DNA of 63,070 nucleotides, filler included, from Octopus bimaculoides (taxonomy: Eukaryota): the NCBI RefSeq assembly GCF_001194135.2. It is 5 parts of 5 records of this genome, joined end to end, with 100 filler letters (N's around TTAATTAATTAA, not from the genome) between each part and the next. Parts side by side here need not be neighbours in the genome. Positions count along the whole stretch, not along the records: positions 28,534 to 55,426 come from NC_068981.1; 4 more parts are not named here. One strand, written 5' to 3'. How positions within the stretch are numbered: the stretch's first letter is position 1; every line of letters starts with the position of its first letter. Positions 40,125-51,170 of this stretch are shown piece by piece. A program made the position numbers and the translations under genes. The notes beneath the pieces are model-generated. The model searched no databases and was not told where the DNA came from. It saw only the letters and a program-made list of their open reading frames with translations.

Positions 40125-40440
40125 GGACAAAAATCGTGTTATAGAGTGTTGTTATTGGCAGAGTCAAATGGCTCTTCTCAAAATAAGGAATTGGCTCATA
40201 TTGTTGTTCCAAGTGAATCCACTGGAACAATTCCACTGTTTCCTGTTGGTTCTTTCTGCAACTCATTAATGGTGCAGGATTACTGCATTGCTCACATGCA
40301 ACTGCATTTGTTATCATGCATCTACATGCAAGCCACTGAATTACCTTCTTAGTAACGTTCTTTGCTGCATATAATGCGTTAAAATGTTGTACTTCAGCTA
40401 CTATTTCTGAAACATTTAATAGATCATTAGAATGGACAAT
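40125..40440 (-). mobile_element. Merlin / IS1595 (ISXO2)-type transposase N-terminal remnant
   Basis: VIQWLACRCMITNAVACEQCSNPAPLM ... FEKSHLTL..TTLY resembles the Merlin 'WL...GL..N...C..C...M.L ... SFFEKSHLTL' pattern. The 5' part of ORF 40117-40500 is SINE sequence. Confidence 0.55.
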
Positions 40441-40444
40441 ACAC

Positions 40445-40660
40445 GCAAGTCGGCAAGCTGGCAGAATCGTCAGCACGCTGGGCAAAATGCTTAGCAGCAT
40501 TTCGTCCGTCCTTCCATTCTGAGTTCAGATTCCACCGAAGTCGACTTTGCTTCTCATCTCTTTGGGGTCGATTAAATAAATGCCTGTTGAACACCGGGGT
40601 CGATGTAATCAACTTACATCTCCCTCAAAATTGATGGCTCTGAGCCAAAATGTGAAATCA
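40445..40660 (+). mobile_element. SINE family A, full length
   Basis: ggcaagctggcagaatcgtcagcacgctgggcaaaatgcttagcagcatttcgtccgtc...ggggtcgatgtaatcaacttac...gagccaaaatgtgaaatc. Confidence 0.85.
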
Positions 40661-40957
40661 ATGTACTATACACGTAAGTACCTGTGAACGTAGTGTAATG
40701 AGGAAATGAATTCTTTATGTTCTGTTTATAAAATTTTGGTGTGTCACTGTCGTTACTTTCAGCTTGTAACGCAATTGACTTCTATTTTTTAGGACAATTT
40801 ACTTTCACTTTTAACGATGACTAACTGAACGTTAACCCGCCCGATTCGACTGTCTAGAAATCCTTGTATTTAAAAGGGAGGTTGTTTTCAGTGTTACAAA
40901 TGCACGTATGCAAACCTGCACATTCAGTCATATGTGTGTGTGTACACACATACCTTG

Positions 40958-41016
<59 letters not shown>

Positions 41017-41412
41017 TCACTTGTATATATCTCTTGAATTTCATTTCTTCACTTCTTATGAACCTCGTATTTTATTCACTTCACATGTGTGCGCGCACAC
41101 GCACACACTGTAACCAACTCGAAATATCACTGCAAACATGATCAACAAAATGCTCCGAATAATAAGGTCACGGAAAATGACTTTCGCCATCTTTCCTAAC
41201 AGAAATTACCTTTCCTTTCTTTCCCCATTTGTCATTGCTTCTTTTTGTTTTTTATTTATTTATTTGTGTGTGTTGTGTTTTGTTCTAACATTTCGGACTG
41301 AGATTTATAAACTGAGAATATTACGAAGTATTATGTATGTATGTATGTATGTATGTATGTATGTATGTTTGTAAAAATGATCGTTGTTGTTGCTGCTCTT
41401 GTAATAATAGTG

Positions 41413-41450
<38 letters not shown>

Positions 41451-41725
41451 TGTTGTTGTTGTTGTTGCTGCTGCTGCTTATCTTCTCTAACTCTAAGTTA
41501 ACCCGTCAGGCAGATCTATGATCGAAGGCGTTCCGGCCATGACTATCCTATTTTTTACAATCATCGCTTAATCTCAGACTACATAATCCAGTATGTTTTA
41601 TAAGACGTTAGAGTGTGATACACGGGAGTCTTTCACCAGACTTTAGTGTCTGCGGGTGCTTCAGAATATTCTTGGCGGGCGCTAATTTGTAATAATGCTA
41701 AAGTGGAGTAAATCTGAGGGTGCAC

Positions 41726-41992
41726 TACTAGCGTAGCTAGAGGAGGGCGGAGGAGCGGAGGGGTAGGGTCCGCCCCGGACAGCCCTTTAATGGGGTCTGC
41801 TATAGGCTGTAAGCCTAAATAGTCTGTATTGAAATCAAATAACAACGGTTTTAATGTCAGCACACGGACACTACTCACAGTCACATGCAACAATCGATAT
41901 AGTCACTGTACAATATGTATATTTTGTGGGGTCCCGGGGGGCGACAAACTGAAGGGCCGCCCCGAGTGGCACACACTCTAGCTACATCACTG
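41726..41992. mobile_element. hAT-type MITE, 267 bp, with 8-bp TSD
   Basis: TIRs tactagcgtagctagag / ctctagctacatcactg (consensus CAGTGGCGTAGCTAGAG); TSD gggtgcac (41718-41725) / ggctgcac (41993-42000). Confidence 0.8.
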
Positions 41993-42344
41993 GGCTGCAC
42001 CATTGAATAATGAGGAGGCAGTGCCGTCCAGTGCACTCCCTTAACGACGAGCATGGCTTCCAGAAATAGTAGCCAAATCTCCCATAAGTCAAATTACATA
42101 GACCCATCGAACAAGTATTGTTGTTGTGCTAGTTTATCCAAATGACTGAAACGACGATAGCGTGGGGTACATTTGGTGTAGAACGTGTCCCTTACTACCC
42201 GGCTGGGTTGGCTGCTCGTGTTGGTCGTCTATATGCCACAAGGTCATGGCAGATGAGGAGATATTTCGCTGAGATGGAAACTAATTGGGACTCTGCTCTA
42301 CAAATCGCCCGGGAGGATCCGGAAATATACCGACGCATTATCTG

Positions 42345-42540
42345 TCATTAGACTGCGGCTATGCTGAAGCAACGTCTTGAATGATTTTTAGTCAAACAAA
42401 TCGACCACAGTACTTGTTTATTTAAAGCCTGGTATTTATTATATTGGTCCTTTTTGCCGAACCGCTAGTTTATGGGGACGTAAATACATTAACATCGGCT
42501 GTCAAACGATGGTGGGAAGGGGGACACAAAGACACGCATG
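42345..42540 (-). mobile_element. SINE family B 3' half
   Basis: gtcattagactgcggctatgctgaagcaac...ttttgccgaaccgctagtttatggggacgtaaatac. Confidence 0.8.
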
Positions 42541-42546
42541 CATATA

Positions 42547-42742
42547 CAAGGTGTCCAAAAAGTCATTAGACAGATAAAAAACTTAAGATTACAACGGAAA
42601 CTAGGTAACATAACATTAATAAAACTATTAATATCATAAAAAAACTTTAATAATAACATCAATATTCAACAAAAATTTAGTTGCCACCTCTAAGATTTTC
42701 CTAATAGCTTTTTGAAATAGTCTAAAGACTGTGGACACCCTG
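42547..42742. mobile_element. Tc1/mariner-type MITE, 196 bp, TA TSD
   Basis: TA|CAAGGTGTCCAAAAAGTC ... GACTGTGGACACCCTG|TA. Confidence 0.8.
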
Positions 42743-43206
42743 TATTCGACAGGTTTCTAGTTTCTGTACCAAATCCTCTCTAAGCACTGCAACGGTGCAT
42801 GCTCCCACACCTGACCTGACCTGAGAACATTGGCGGAAACAGTATTCCACCGACCGTATCAAACATTTATATCACTATTTAGCCCCTTCCACGTTCTGAT
42901 TTCAAATAGAGCCAATCAGAATCAACTTTGCCTGTATTCTCACTTCAGGGACCTCAGCGAAGATTTAAAATAGAATCACAAACTCAGCGGTTGACAGTTA
43001 TGAATAGAATTACTCATATTTCCATTATAGATTCAACTTTAAACCGGTTTTTTTACTAAATGAAATATTAAGAAGTTTCTATGTCGGGAGAACCTTTATA
43101 GTGTCAGGTCGGATTGGTAGTGCATAAAAACTTGTCGAGAAACATCTGTTCTGGGAAAAACGGTGACTCATTTATTTGACTAATTCATAAGTATGACAAC
43201 TACGCA

Positions 43207-43266
43207 ACTTTTGGACCATATAGATTACTTTTGGACCATATAGATTACTTTTGGACCATATAGATT
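43207..43266. repeat. 20-bp tandem repeat x3 (acttttggaccatatagatt)
   Basis: Three perfect units. Confidence 0.95.
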
Positions 43267-43538
43267 AAAACATGAGTTTTTTTCGTATGTTTTTAAAGAC
43301 TTTATCGATGTTTAGTGTTAAATATGAATCGTAGCAAGGTTTCACTATCTGGTAAAAGGTTTTCCTTGCAAGATCTACATGGAGGGTCAACCAGTCAAAA
43401 ATAGCAAATCGCTTCTTAATAGGGATTGAAAAGAAAGAGCATATTGGCCTATATTGTTGTGAGTACATTATGCCCGAAAAAAAAAAAATAAAAAATAAAA
43501 AATAAAAAAATTAACCATCGTGGCTTAAGTACCTTTCG

Positions 43539-43868
43539 CAGTGGCGTACTAACATTGATAGTTCTTAGTACCCAAGAGCAAAGATACTTTTAGTGTCGCC
43601 ACCTTAATTAACTGAAACNNNNNNNNNNNNNNNNNNNNNNNNNNNNNNNNNNNNNNNNNNNNNNNNNNNNNNNNNNNNNNNNNNNNNNNNNNNNNNNNTG
43701 ATGCTGCTAAAGTGTGTCACCCGAAGCAGCTCTTGATTTTTTCGCCTTCTCTCCCGGGTCCCTAAGCCTATATAACTTATACGAGCTTATACAGCAGACC
43801 TGAAAGTACCTCCCTTATAAAAGCATCGTCCGAGGCGCTCTCCTCCCATCACATCGCTTACGCTTCTG
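43539..43868. mobile_element. Possible gapped hAT-type MITE
   Basis: Starts CAGTGGCGTAC and ends cttacgcttctg; subterminal aaaagcatcgtccgag resembles aaaagcgtcgcccgag in the 52941 copy; no TSD found. Confidence 0.35.
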
Positions 43869-44160
43869 ATGCCCCCCCCCAGTACTCTTCAGCCTTGAAA
43901 ATGGCCTGCTCTAAACAATAAATAACTCTACACCTGGTGACGGTGTAATTAAGAAATCTTGTGTTGTGTAAGTGTGGAAATGTGTGTGTGTGTATGCGCA
44001 TGGGCGTTTATGTATGTATGTATGTGTACGTGCGTTTGTGTGTGCGTGCGCATTTATGTGTGCTTATGTTTATAATGGAATTGAAGGTTTATGATACCTG
44101 TGGAGTATCTCCTATTATAATTGCCTTGTAGTTTCAGGGAGCTGGAACGGGTCGCCGATT

Positions 44161-45130
44161 TGTGACGTCCGTGCGAAGCGAGGTGATGAAAATGGCTCCT
44201 TAGTACATCACACGGTAGATACAATAAATATAAATAGAACAATGCATATATGTGCCAGAGGGAAATAAGAGACACAACTGGATAGAATGTTTAAGAGAAG
44301 ATTTATTGGTATGTTAACATGCGTGATTGTGTGTGCATCATATATGCAGAATAATAGATAGGCCGTCATAAGAATAATATGTATGCGTGTGTATGTAGGC
44401 ATAGACGTATGCGTGTGTATGTAGGCATAGACGTATGCGTGTTAAGAACATACAAGGATGACGATGAAGAAGAGACAGTGAAAGAGTCTATAGCCATCGA
44501 AGTGAGGAGTAAGTTCATAGACACAAGAATGATAAACATCAGTTCGTAGTTAATTGTACATAATAGTTAAAATACTGTATCAAGAAGTTGTGGCGAAGAT
44601 GCAGAGCCGGTTGCAGTACGTGTTGTACGTGAAGTTGTGGCTGTGATGCTACTACCTAGGTCACTTGGTACAGGAGTTCTCGCAGGTTGTATATTCGCTG
44701 TTGATCCATGGTGAAGTAATTCACGAACAGTGCAGTGTTGTAACCAGCGCGAGTACGTAGAGAGATGTTGACGTTAGGACGAATGGTGACGACGGAGATG
44801 GAGCTCGCTGAATGCCATTGGACGAAATTGGTGAGTCTCTACGTGGCTACTGTTATGTTGTCGCTGGAACTGGCGGTGTCTTGTGTGGTCAGTGGCCAGA
44901 CCTTAAAAGGTCTGGAACCGAAAGACATCGAGACGAGGAGAAGCTAGGGTTTTTATAAGGAGTTGTAGGCTCAAAGCTGAGTAGAAAACAGGCTGTCACA
45001 CGTGACCTTATTTGAAGGCTGCGATTGGTTGGGTTGCATATTGGCGCGAATAGAGCAAGAGACAAATTGCGCCAATACCAACCAATCAGAGTAGTGGACA
45101 CAACAGGGTCCAAAAATGCGGCTAAAGGCT
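44161..45130 (-). mobile_element. Solo-LTR-like unit, copy 1 (promoter end at right; inner boundary uncertain, about 45130-45290)
   Basis: Inverted homologue of 45675-46648. Minus-strand end ...cttcgcacggacgtcACA; four CCAAT/ATTGG boxes, CACGTG at 44999 and TATAAAA (minus) at 44951-44957. Confidence 0.65.
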
Positions 45131-45674
45131 AGCTCCTTTCTGGTTGCTATTCTTTCTTTTTATTTGATTATCTTATTGTTTCTTAAACTTTCTTCCCTAA
45201 CGATTTATTTTTACTGATTGAATTTTCTCACGACCGTCTTTCATTATAATAAAATTCAATAGGTTATAAATAGATATAACCCACGTGTGATTATATGAAG
45301 CATAAAAATACTGTAAAGAAAAGTGACTCACATAGTACAAAACAATGTAGATATAAATCTACACAAAACTGTATTAATAGCAAAAATATCTATAAATATC
45401 TTCAGTGGAATGAGCGTGCTTGTTTCTTTCGACATAATACGTCCTACTGTAGTTTGAAGTTTGTTACTAATGGAAGGGGCATTCAAGCCTACAGCAAGCT
45501 AGGGAGAGTGACACTGATGGGCGAGCAAGCGGACGATTATATGAGCGAGATCAGAAGGTTGGATGTAAGCAGGGTTTACGGAGTAGAGATGGTGTGGATT
45601 GTGAAGTTGGCTTTTGTGACCAGATTCCCTGATTATATCTGTAGCGTACGACTTTAGGGAAATTCCTCTCTTTC

Positions 45675-46648
45675 TGTTATATAAACGTAAATACGGACGT
45701 AGTAGATAACAGCTAACTTTCGTCCGCCTGTTTGGACCCTGCTGTGTCCACTACTCTGATTGGTTGGTATTGGCGCAATTTGTCTCTTGCTCTATTGCGG
45801 GCCAATATGCAACCCAACCAATGGCAGCCTTTAGATAAGGTCACATGAGATAGTCTCTTCTAAACTTCCGGTGAGTCGACTGCATGCTATAAAACTTCAG
45901 CGACACAGCGAGTCGATGTCTTTCGGTTTCAGACCTTTTGAGGTCTAGCCACTGACCACAAAGCACACAACCAGTTCCAGCGACGACACAACAGCAACCA
46001 CATGGAGACTCATCAACACACTTCCAACAGCATACGGCAATCTCTTTCTTCATCGCCTCCATCTTCTTGACGCCAACATCATCTCTCTACGTACACACCA
46101 ACCAGCAACGCTCGCACAGGTTTCAATCTCCACACTGTTTGTGAATTACTTCACCATGGTTAACAGCAAATACAACCTGCGACAACCTTCTGTAACAAGA
46201 GACCGGCTCTGCATCGTAGCCACAACTTCTTATACGACAGTACCTCAACCGGCTCTGCATTACAGCCACAACTTCTTGATACAGCATCTCAGCTATCGTG
46301 TACACTGACTGCGAACTGGTATTTATCATCCTTGTGTCTGAACATTCTTCTAACGTCATATTATAGACTCTTTCAATGCTCTGTACTTATCGCACACGCA
46401 TGCATTCATGTTTGTACACACATACTTTGTATACATGACGGCCTGTTTATTATTATGTTCATATGATGCATACACAGACACATGTTAGCCTATATATAAA
46501 AATCTTCTCTTAAACATTCTACCCGGTTGTGTCTCTCTTTTTCTTCTGGCACTTATATTCTTTATCCTTTTCATATTTTATTTGTATCGACCGTGCGCTG
46601 TACTAAAGGAGCCATTCTCGTCACCCTTCCTTCGCACGGTCGTTTACA
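45675..46648 (+). mobile_element. Solo-LTR-like unit, copy 2, 974 bp, TGT...ACA
   Basis: Starts TGTTATATA and ends cttcgcacggtcgtttACA. Flanks tttc / tatc could be a 4-bp TSD with one mismatch. CCAAT boxes, TATAAAA at 45888; no long ORF. Confidence 0.65.
45737..45894 (+). promoter_or_regulatory. Pol II promoter core: 2 ATTGG + 2 CCAAT, GGTCACATG (USF/E-box-like), ACTTCCGGT (ETS), TATAAAA
   Basis: Motifs read directly at about 45739-45822, 45839-45847, 45864-45872 and 45888-45894; mirrored in copy 1 except the ETS site. Confidence 0.55.
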
Positions 46649-46899
46649 TATCTCATGACATTTGCAGCAAATGCCGGACATCGAAACGAAGTCTATAGGA
46701 GAACAAGTATTGACGCAAAACAGCACCATGCTGGAGCCCCGCCTTGTTGGGTTTAGTCGAAGAAATCGATCCCAGTGTAGGGCAGGATTCATGAGAGACG
46801 AACTGTAGATAGGAACTTCGCTGCGGGCTAACTAGGAAGTTGGTCAGCAGCGAAAGGAACTTCCGGTGGGAGAAGAATAAAAGAATGTCAGCTGGGTGT

Positions 46900-46977
46900 T
46901 AAACGCATCCGAAGTTTGAAAGTGTTTAGTTACAAAAAATTAATTTCTTGATCTGCCGTTCAAAGGGAAAAGATCCA
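46900..46977 (-). mobile_element. Terminal fragment of the GGATC-terminus repeat family
   Basis: gaagtttgaaagtgtttagttacaaaaatt...ctgccgttcaaagggaaaagatcc is the reverse complement of the 26946-27010 type sequence. Confidence 0.7.
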
Positions 46978-49394
46978 GTTTTTCCTTTATAACTTTTAGG
47001 AAAATGGGGTTTTTTCAATGAAATTTTATAGAAATACCTTTGAAACGGCATACATTACGATTATAAAGTAATTTGTGTGGAAAATCTTTTCCAAAGAGTG
47101 GGGAGAGGNNNNNNNNNNNNNNNNNNNNNNNNNNNNNNNNNNNNNNNNNNNNNNNNNNNNNNNNNNNNNNNNNNNNNNNNNNNNNNNNNNNNNNNNNNNN
47201 NNNNNNNNNNNNNNNNNNNNNNNNNNNNNNNNNNNNNNNNNNNNNNNNNNNNNNNNNNNNNNNNNNNNNNNNNNNNNNNNNNNNNNNNNNNNNNNNNNNN
47301 NNNNNNNNNNNNNNNNNNNNNNNNNNNNNNNNNNNNNNNNNNNNNNNNNNNNNNNNNNNNNNNNNNNNNNNNNNNNNNNNNNNNNNNNNNNNNNNNNNNN
47401 NNNNNNNNNNNNNNNNNNNNNNNNNNNNNNNNNNNNNNNNNNNNNNNNNNNNNNNNNNNNNNNNNNNNNNNNNNNNNNNNNNNNNNNNNNNNNNNNNNNN
47501 NNNNNNNNNNNNNNNNNNNNNNNNNNNNNNNNNNNNNNNNNNNNNNNNNNNNNNNNNNNNNNNNNNNNNNNNNNNNNNNNNNNNNNNNNNNNNNNNNNNN
47601 NNNNNNNNNNNNNNNNNNNNNNNNNNNNNNNNNNNNNNNNNNNNNNNNNNNNNNNNNNNNNNNNNNNNNNNNNNNNNNNNNNNNNNNNNNNNNNNNNNNN
47701 NNNNNNNNNNNNNNNNNNNNNNNNNNNNNNNNNNNNNNNNNNNNNNNNNNNNNNNNNNNNNNNNNNNNNNNNNNNNNNNNNNNNNNNNNNNNNNNNNNNN
47801 NNNNNNNNNNNNNNNNNNNNNNNNNNNNNNNNNNNNNNNNNNNNNNNNNNNNNNNNNNNNNNNNNNNNNNNNNNNNNNNNNNNNNNNNNNNNNNNNNNNN
47901 NNNNNNNNNNNNNNNNNNNNNNNNNNNNNNNNNNNNNNNNNNNNNNNNNNNNNNNNNNNNNNNNNNNNNNNNNNNNNNNNNNNNNNNNNNNNNNNNNNNN
48001 NNNNNNNNNNNNNNNNNNNNNNNNNNNNNNNNNNNNNNNNNNNNNNNNNNNNNNNNNNNNNNNNNNNNNNNNNNATATGGATAGATACAGAGAAAGAGTA
48101 ATAACGAGTGAATGAGAATAACGACGAAGGGTTAAAAAATGTAAAAATAATTGAAAATGAAACAAAATTGAAGCCAAAACACTAAAAATACATGCGGAAA
48201 AAATATTCTATTTGCTTAGTTTCATTTTAGGCTTTCATTTCATTTTCACTTTTAATTTCACTTTTTAACACTAAAAAGTGAATCAGGTTTAATATTGGCG
48301 AAGGAAAAACGAATAAGCGGCAATTAAGCTTACATGCTGTGTTATGGTTAAAAGCCGAAAGGTGGCAAACAAGCTTCATTCACAAGCAAGTATAATTACT
48401 AAAACTTAAGGTAACGCTGTTTATATCGGTTATAGTGTAAACACAAACGTAGAATGGTTCTAGCGGTAATATTTTTCTTAGAGAAACTTCTCTTTAAAGA
48501 TCTTGTGTGTTAAACACCCATACCACTCAGAATGAGGATAAGGTAAATATGTTAATAGTTACCAGGGTAGCAAAATTCACAGATAAACTGGGATATTATA
48601 CATATTTAAGAGGTAGAAATTCCATGTTAAAGTGATGTATTTTGAGTTTATATAATAAAGAATAAATGGAGAAAAACGCATATAATAAATAAGTTCCTTT
48701 AATTCCGACACATGTTTCAAAAATTACATGCACTCTATTCCAAAGGAATAAAAGATGTTATTATAAATGTAATTATATATATATATATATATAATGAACG
48801 ATGTTACCATCATTATTTTAATCTAATGCTGTTTCATGTGCATATATTCCATCTGTCCATCTTCGTCCGCTATTCCTAAGAGGAACAATACTGCAGTAAC
48901 TGGTCTAGCGATAGTGTGTATTACATAAAGAATGATGCATAGATGGCTACTTAAATACTGGTTAGAATACTCCAGATAATTTTAAAAACTTAATTTGATT
49001 TATAGCTACTCTGCCAGGTGAATGCTTACATTTACAATGTTAGATCTGGTTAGCAATTAACTGATGTAGCAAACTAGTACATAACTGAAAGTAAGACTCA
49101 TGGTACCAAGTGTGGCAGAACACAATAGCTAGTATGCTACATTTCATTATAAAAAAAATCGACGTCCATTATATTAAACTCACAAAAAATGTGCTAATAA
49201 CAAGCTATAGAAACGTTTTGTTCGTAAATGCTCGGCTGCACAATCGACAATGATTTTGCAGTAATTGGTAACCTTTATATCTCTTCACTGAAAATTGAAC
49301 AAGTAAAGAACAAAGACAGCTTGTTCTATTTTCATTCAGTTTTCATTCCCTATATGCATTTTATATTTTAACGATAAATATTTTCATTCTTTTT

Positions 49395-49570
49395 TCTTTC
49401 TTTTACTTGTTTCATTCATTGGACTGCAGCTATGCTGCGGCAACGCCTTGAAAGATTTTAAGCTGGACAAACCGACCCCCCCCAGTACTGGTACTAATTC
49501 TATTGGTCTCTTTTACCAAACCGCTAAGCTATGAGGAAATGAACAAATCAACACCAGTTGCCATGCGTTG
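49395..49570 (-). mobile_element. SINE family B 3' half, running into (CA)n and a gap
   Basis: ttttacttgtttcattcattggactgcagctatgctgcggcaacgcc...aaaccgctaagctatgagg. Confidence 0.75.
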
Positions 49571-50218
49571 GTGCGCACGTGCACGCCCACACGTATACAC
49601 ACACACACACACACACACACACANNNNNNNNNNNNNNNNNNNNNNNNNNNNNNNNNNNNNNNNNNNNNNNNNNNNNNNNNNNNNNNNNNNNNNNNNNNNN
49701 NNNNNNNNNNNNNNNNNNNNNNNNNNNNNNNNNNNNNNNNNNNNNNNNNNNNNNNNNNNNNNNNNNNNNNNNNNNNNNNNNNNNNNNNNNNNNNNNNNNN
49801 NNNNNNNNNNNNNNNNNNNNNNNNNNNNNNNNNNNNNNNNNNNNNNNNNNNNNNNNNNNNNNNNNNNNNNNNNNNNNNNNNNNNNNNNNNNNNNNNNNNN
49901 NNNNNNNNNNNNNNNNNNNNNNNNNNNNNNNNNNNNNNNNNNNNNNNNNNNNNNNNNNNNNNNNNNNNNNNNNNNNNNNNNNNNNNNNNNNNNNNNNNNN
50001 NNNNNNNNNNNNNNNNNNNNNNNNNNNNNNNNNNNNNNNNNNNNNNNNNNNNNNNNNNNNNNNNNNNNNNNNNNNNNNNNNNNNNNNNNNNNNNNNNNNN
50101 NNNNNNNNNNNNNNNNNNNNNNNNNNNNNNNNNNNNNNNNNNNNNNNNNNNNNNNNNNNNNNNNNNNNNNNNNNNNNNNNNNNNNNNNNNNNNNNNNNNN
50201 NNNNNNNNNNNNNNNNNN

Positions 50219-50261
<43 letters not shown>

Positions 50262-50439
50262 ACTCACTCACTCATTCTCGAATGCTAAACATACTGATTT
50301 AGCTAGTGAACAGGTTCATGGTTATTTTTATCACTTCCCTTTTCTGGTCTTCAAAAATACAGAGAAGTTGGCAGCTGAAATACTACAATAATTTCCTGTT
50401 CTTGTTCATACAGAAACAACGGTAACAGTATTAATGCTC

Positions 50440-51170
50440 TACTGGGTGCTAAATTTGCATGAAGAGGTTCCGGATCTTTATGTTCTGAGTTCGAATTCCG
50501 GTGAGGTCAACTTCGACTTTCATCTTTTCGGAGTCGATAAAATATAATACCAACCAAATGGTGACATCTTTACTTGTTATTGGTGTGTGGGATGGTGTTT
50601 TAGTGTCGGATGTCGATTATATAAGCGTATATGATCTTATTTTACTGGGTGGTGCTTATGTGTGGGTTAAGTTATATTCAGTAGAATGTGTTGTGTGAAT
50701 AAGAAAAACAATAATAATAGTAATTGCTGTTATTATTATGGCGGCGAACTGGCAGAATAGCTACTGCGCCAGACAAATTGCTTAGAAGCATTTCGTCAGT
50801 CTTTATGTTCTGAGTTCAAATACCACCGAGGTCGACTTTGCGTTCCATCCTTTTGGGATTGATAAATTAAGTACCAGTTGTGGACTCTGGGGTCGATGTA
50901 ATCGACAAGCCCCTCCCCAAATTTCAGGCCTTGTGCCTATTAGTAGAAAGGATAATCATTATCGTTGTTGTTAGGGTGGGGAGCTGGTAGAATCGTTAGA
51001 GAGCCGGAAAAACGCATTACGGTGTTTCTTGCAGTTCTTTACGTTCAGAATTCAAATCCAGCTAAGCTCAACTTTGTCTTCCATCCTTTTGAGGATCGAT
51101 AAAATACAGTACCAGTCAAGAAATGGGATCAATGATATCGCCTCCCTTCGAAATTGTTGTCGAGTGCTCA
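50440..51170 (+). mobile_element. Cluster of three SINE family A copies (~50440-50550 partial, ~50740-50955, ~50972-51170)
   Basis: Repeated atgttctgagttc(g/a)aat...gaggtc(a/g)act..., with ggcggcgaactggcagaat and ggggagctggtagaatcgttag heads. Confidence 0.85.

Noticed and set aside
43207-43266. 20-bp x3 and 57461 31-bp x3 repeats as CRISPR-like arrays
   Set aside because: There are no unique spacers and no cas genes, and the context is eukaryotic; they are simple tandem repeats.
45916-45948. Conserved short ORF MSFG(F/S)RPF(E/K)V in both inverted arms
   Set aside because: The ATG is only about 22 nt after the TATA, at or before a likely TSS, and the stops differ (10 vs 29 codons). There is no evidence of coding.
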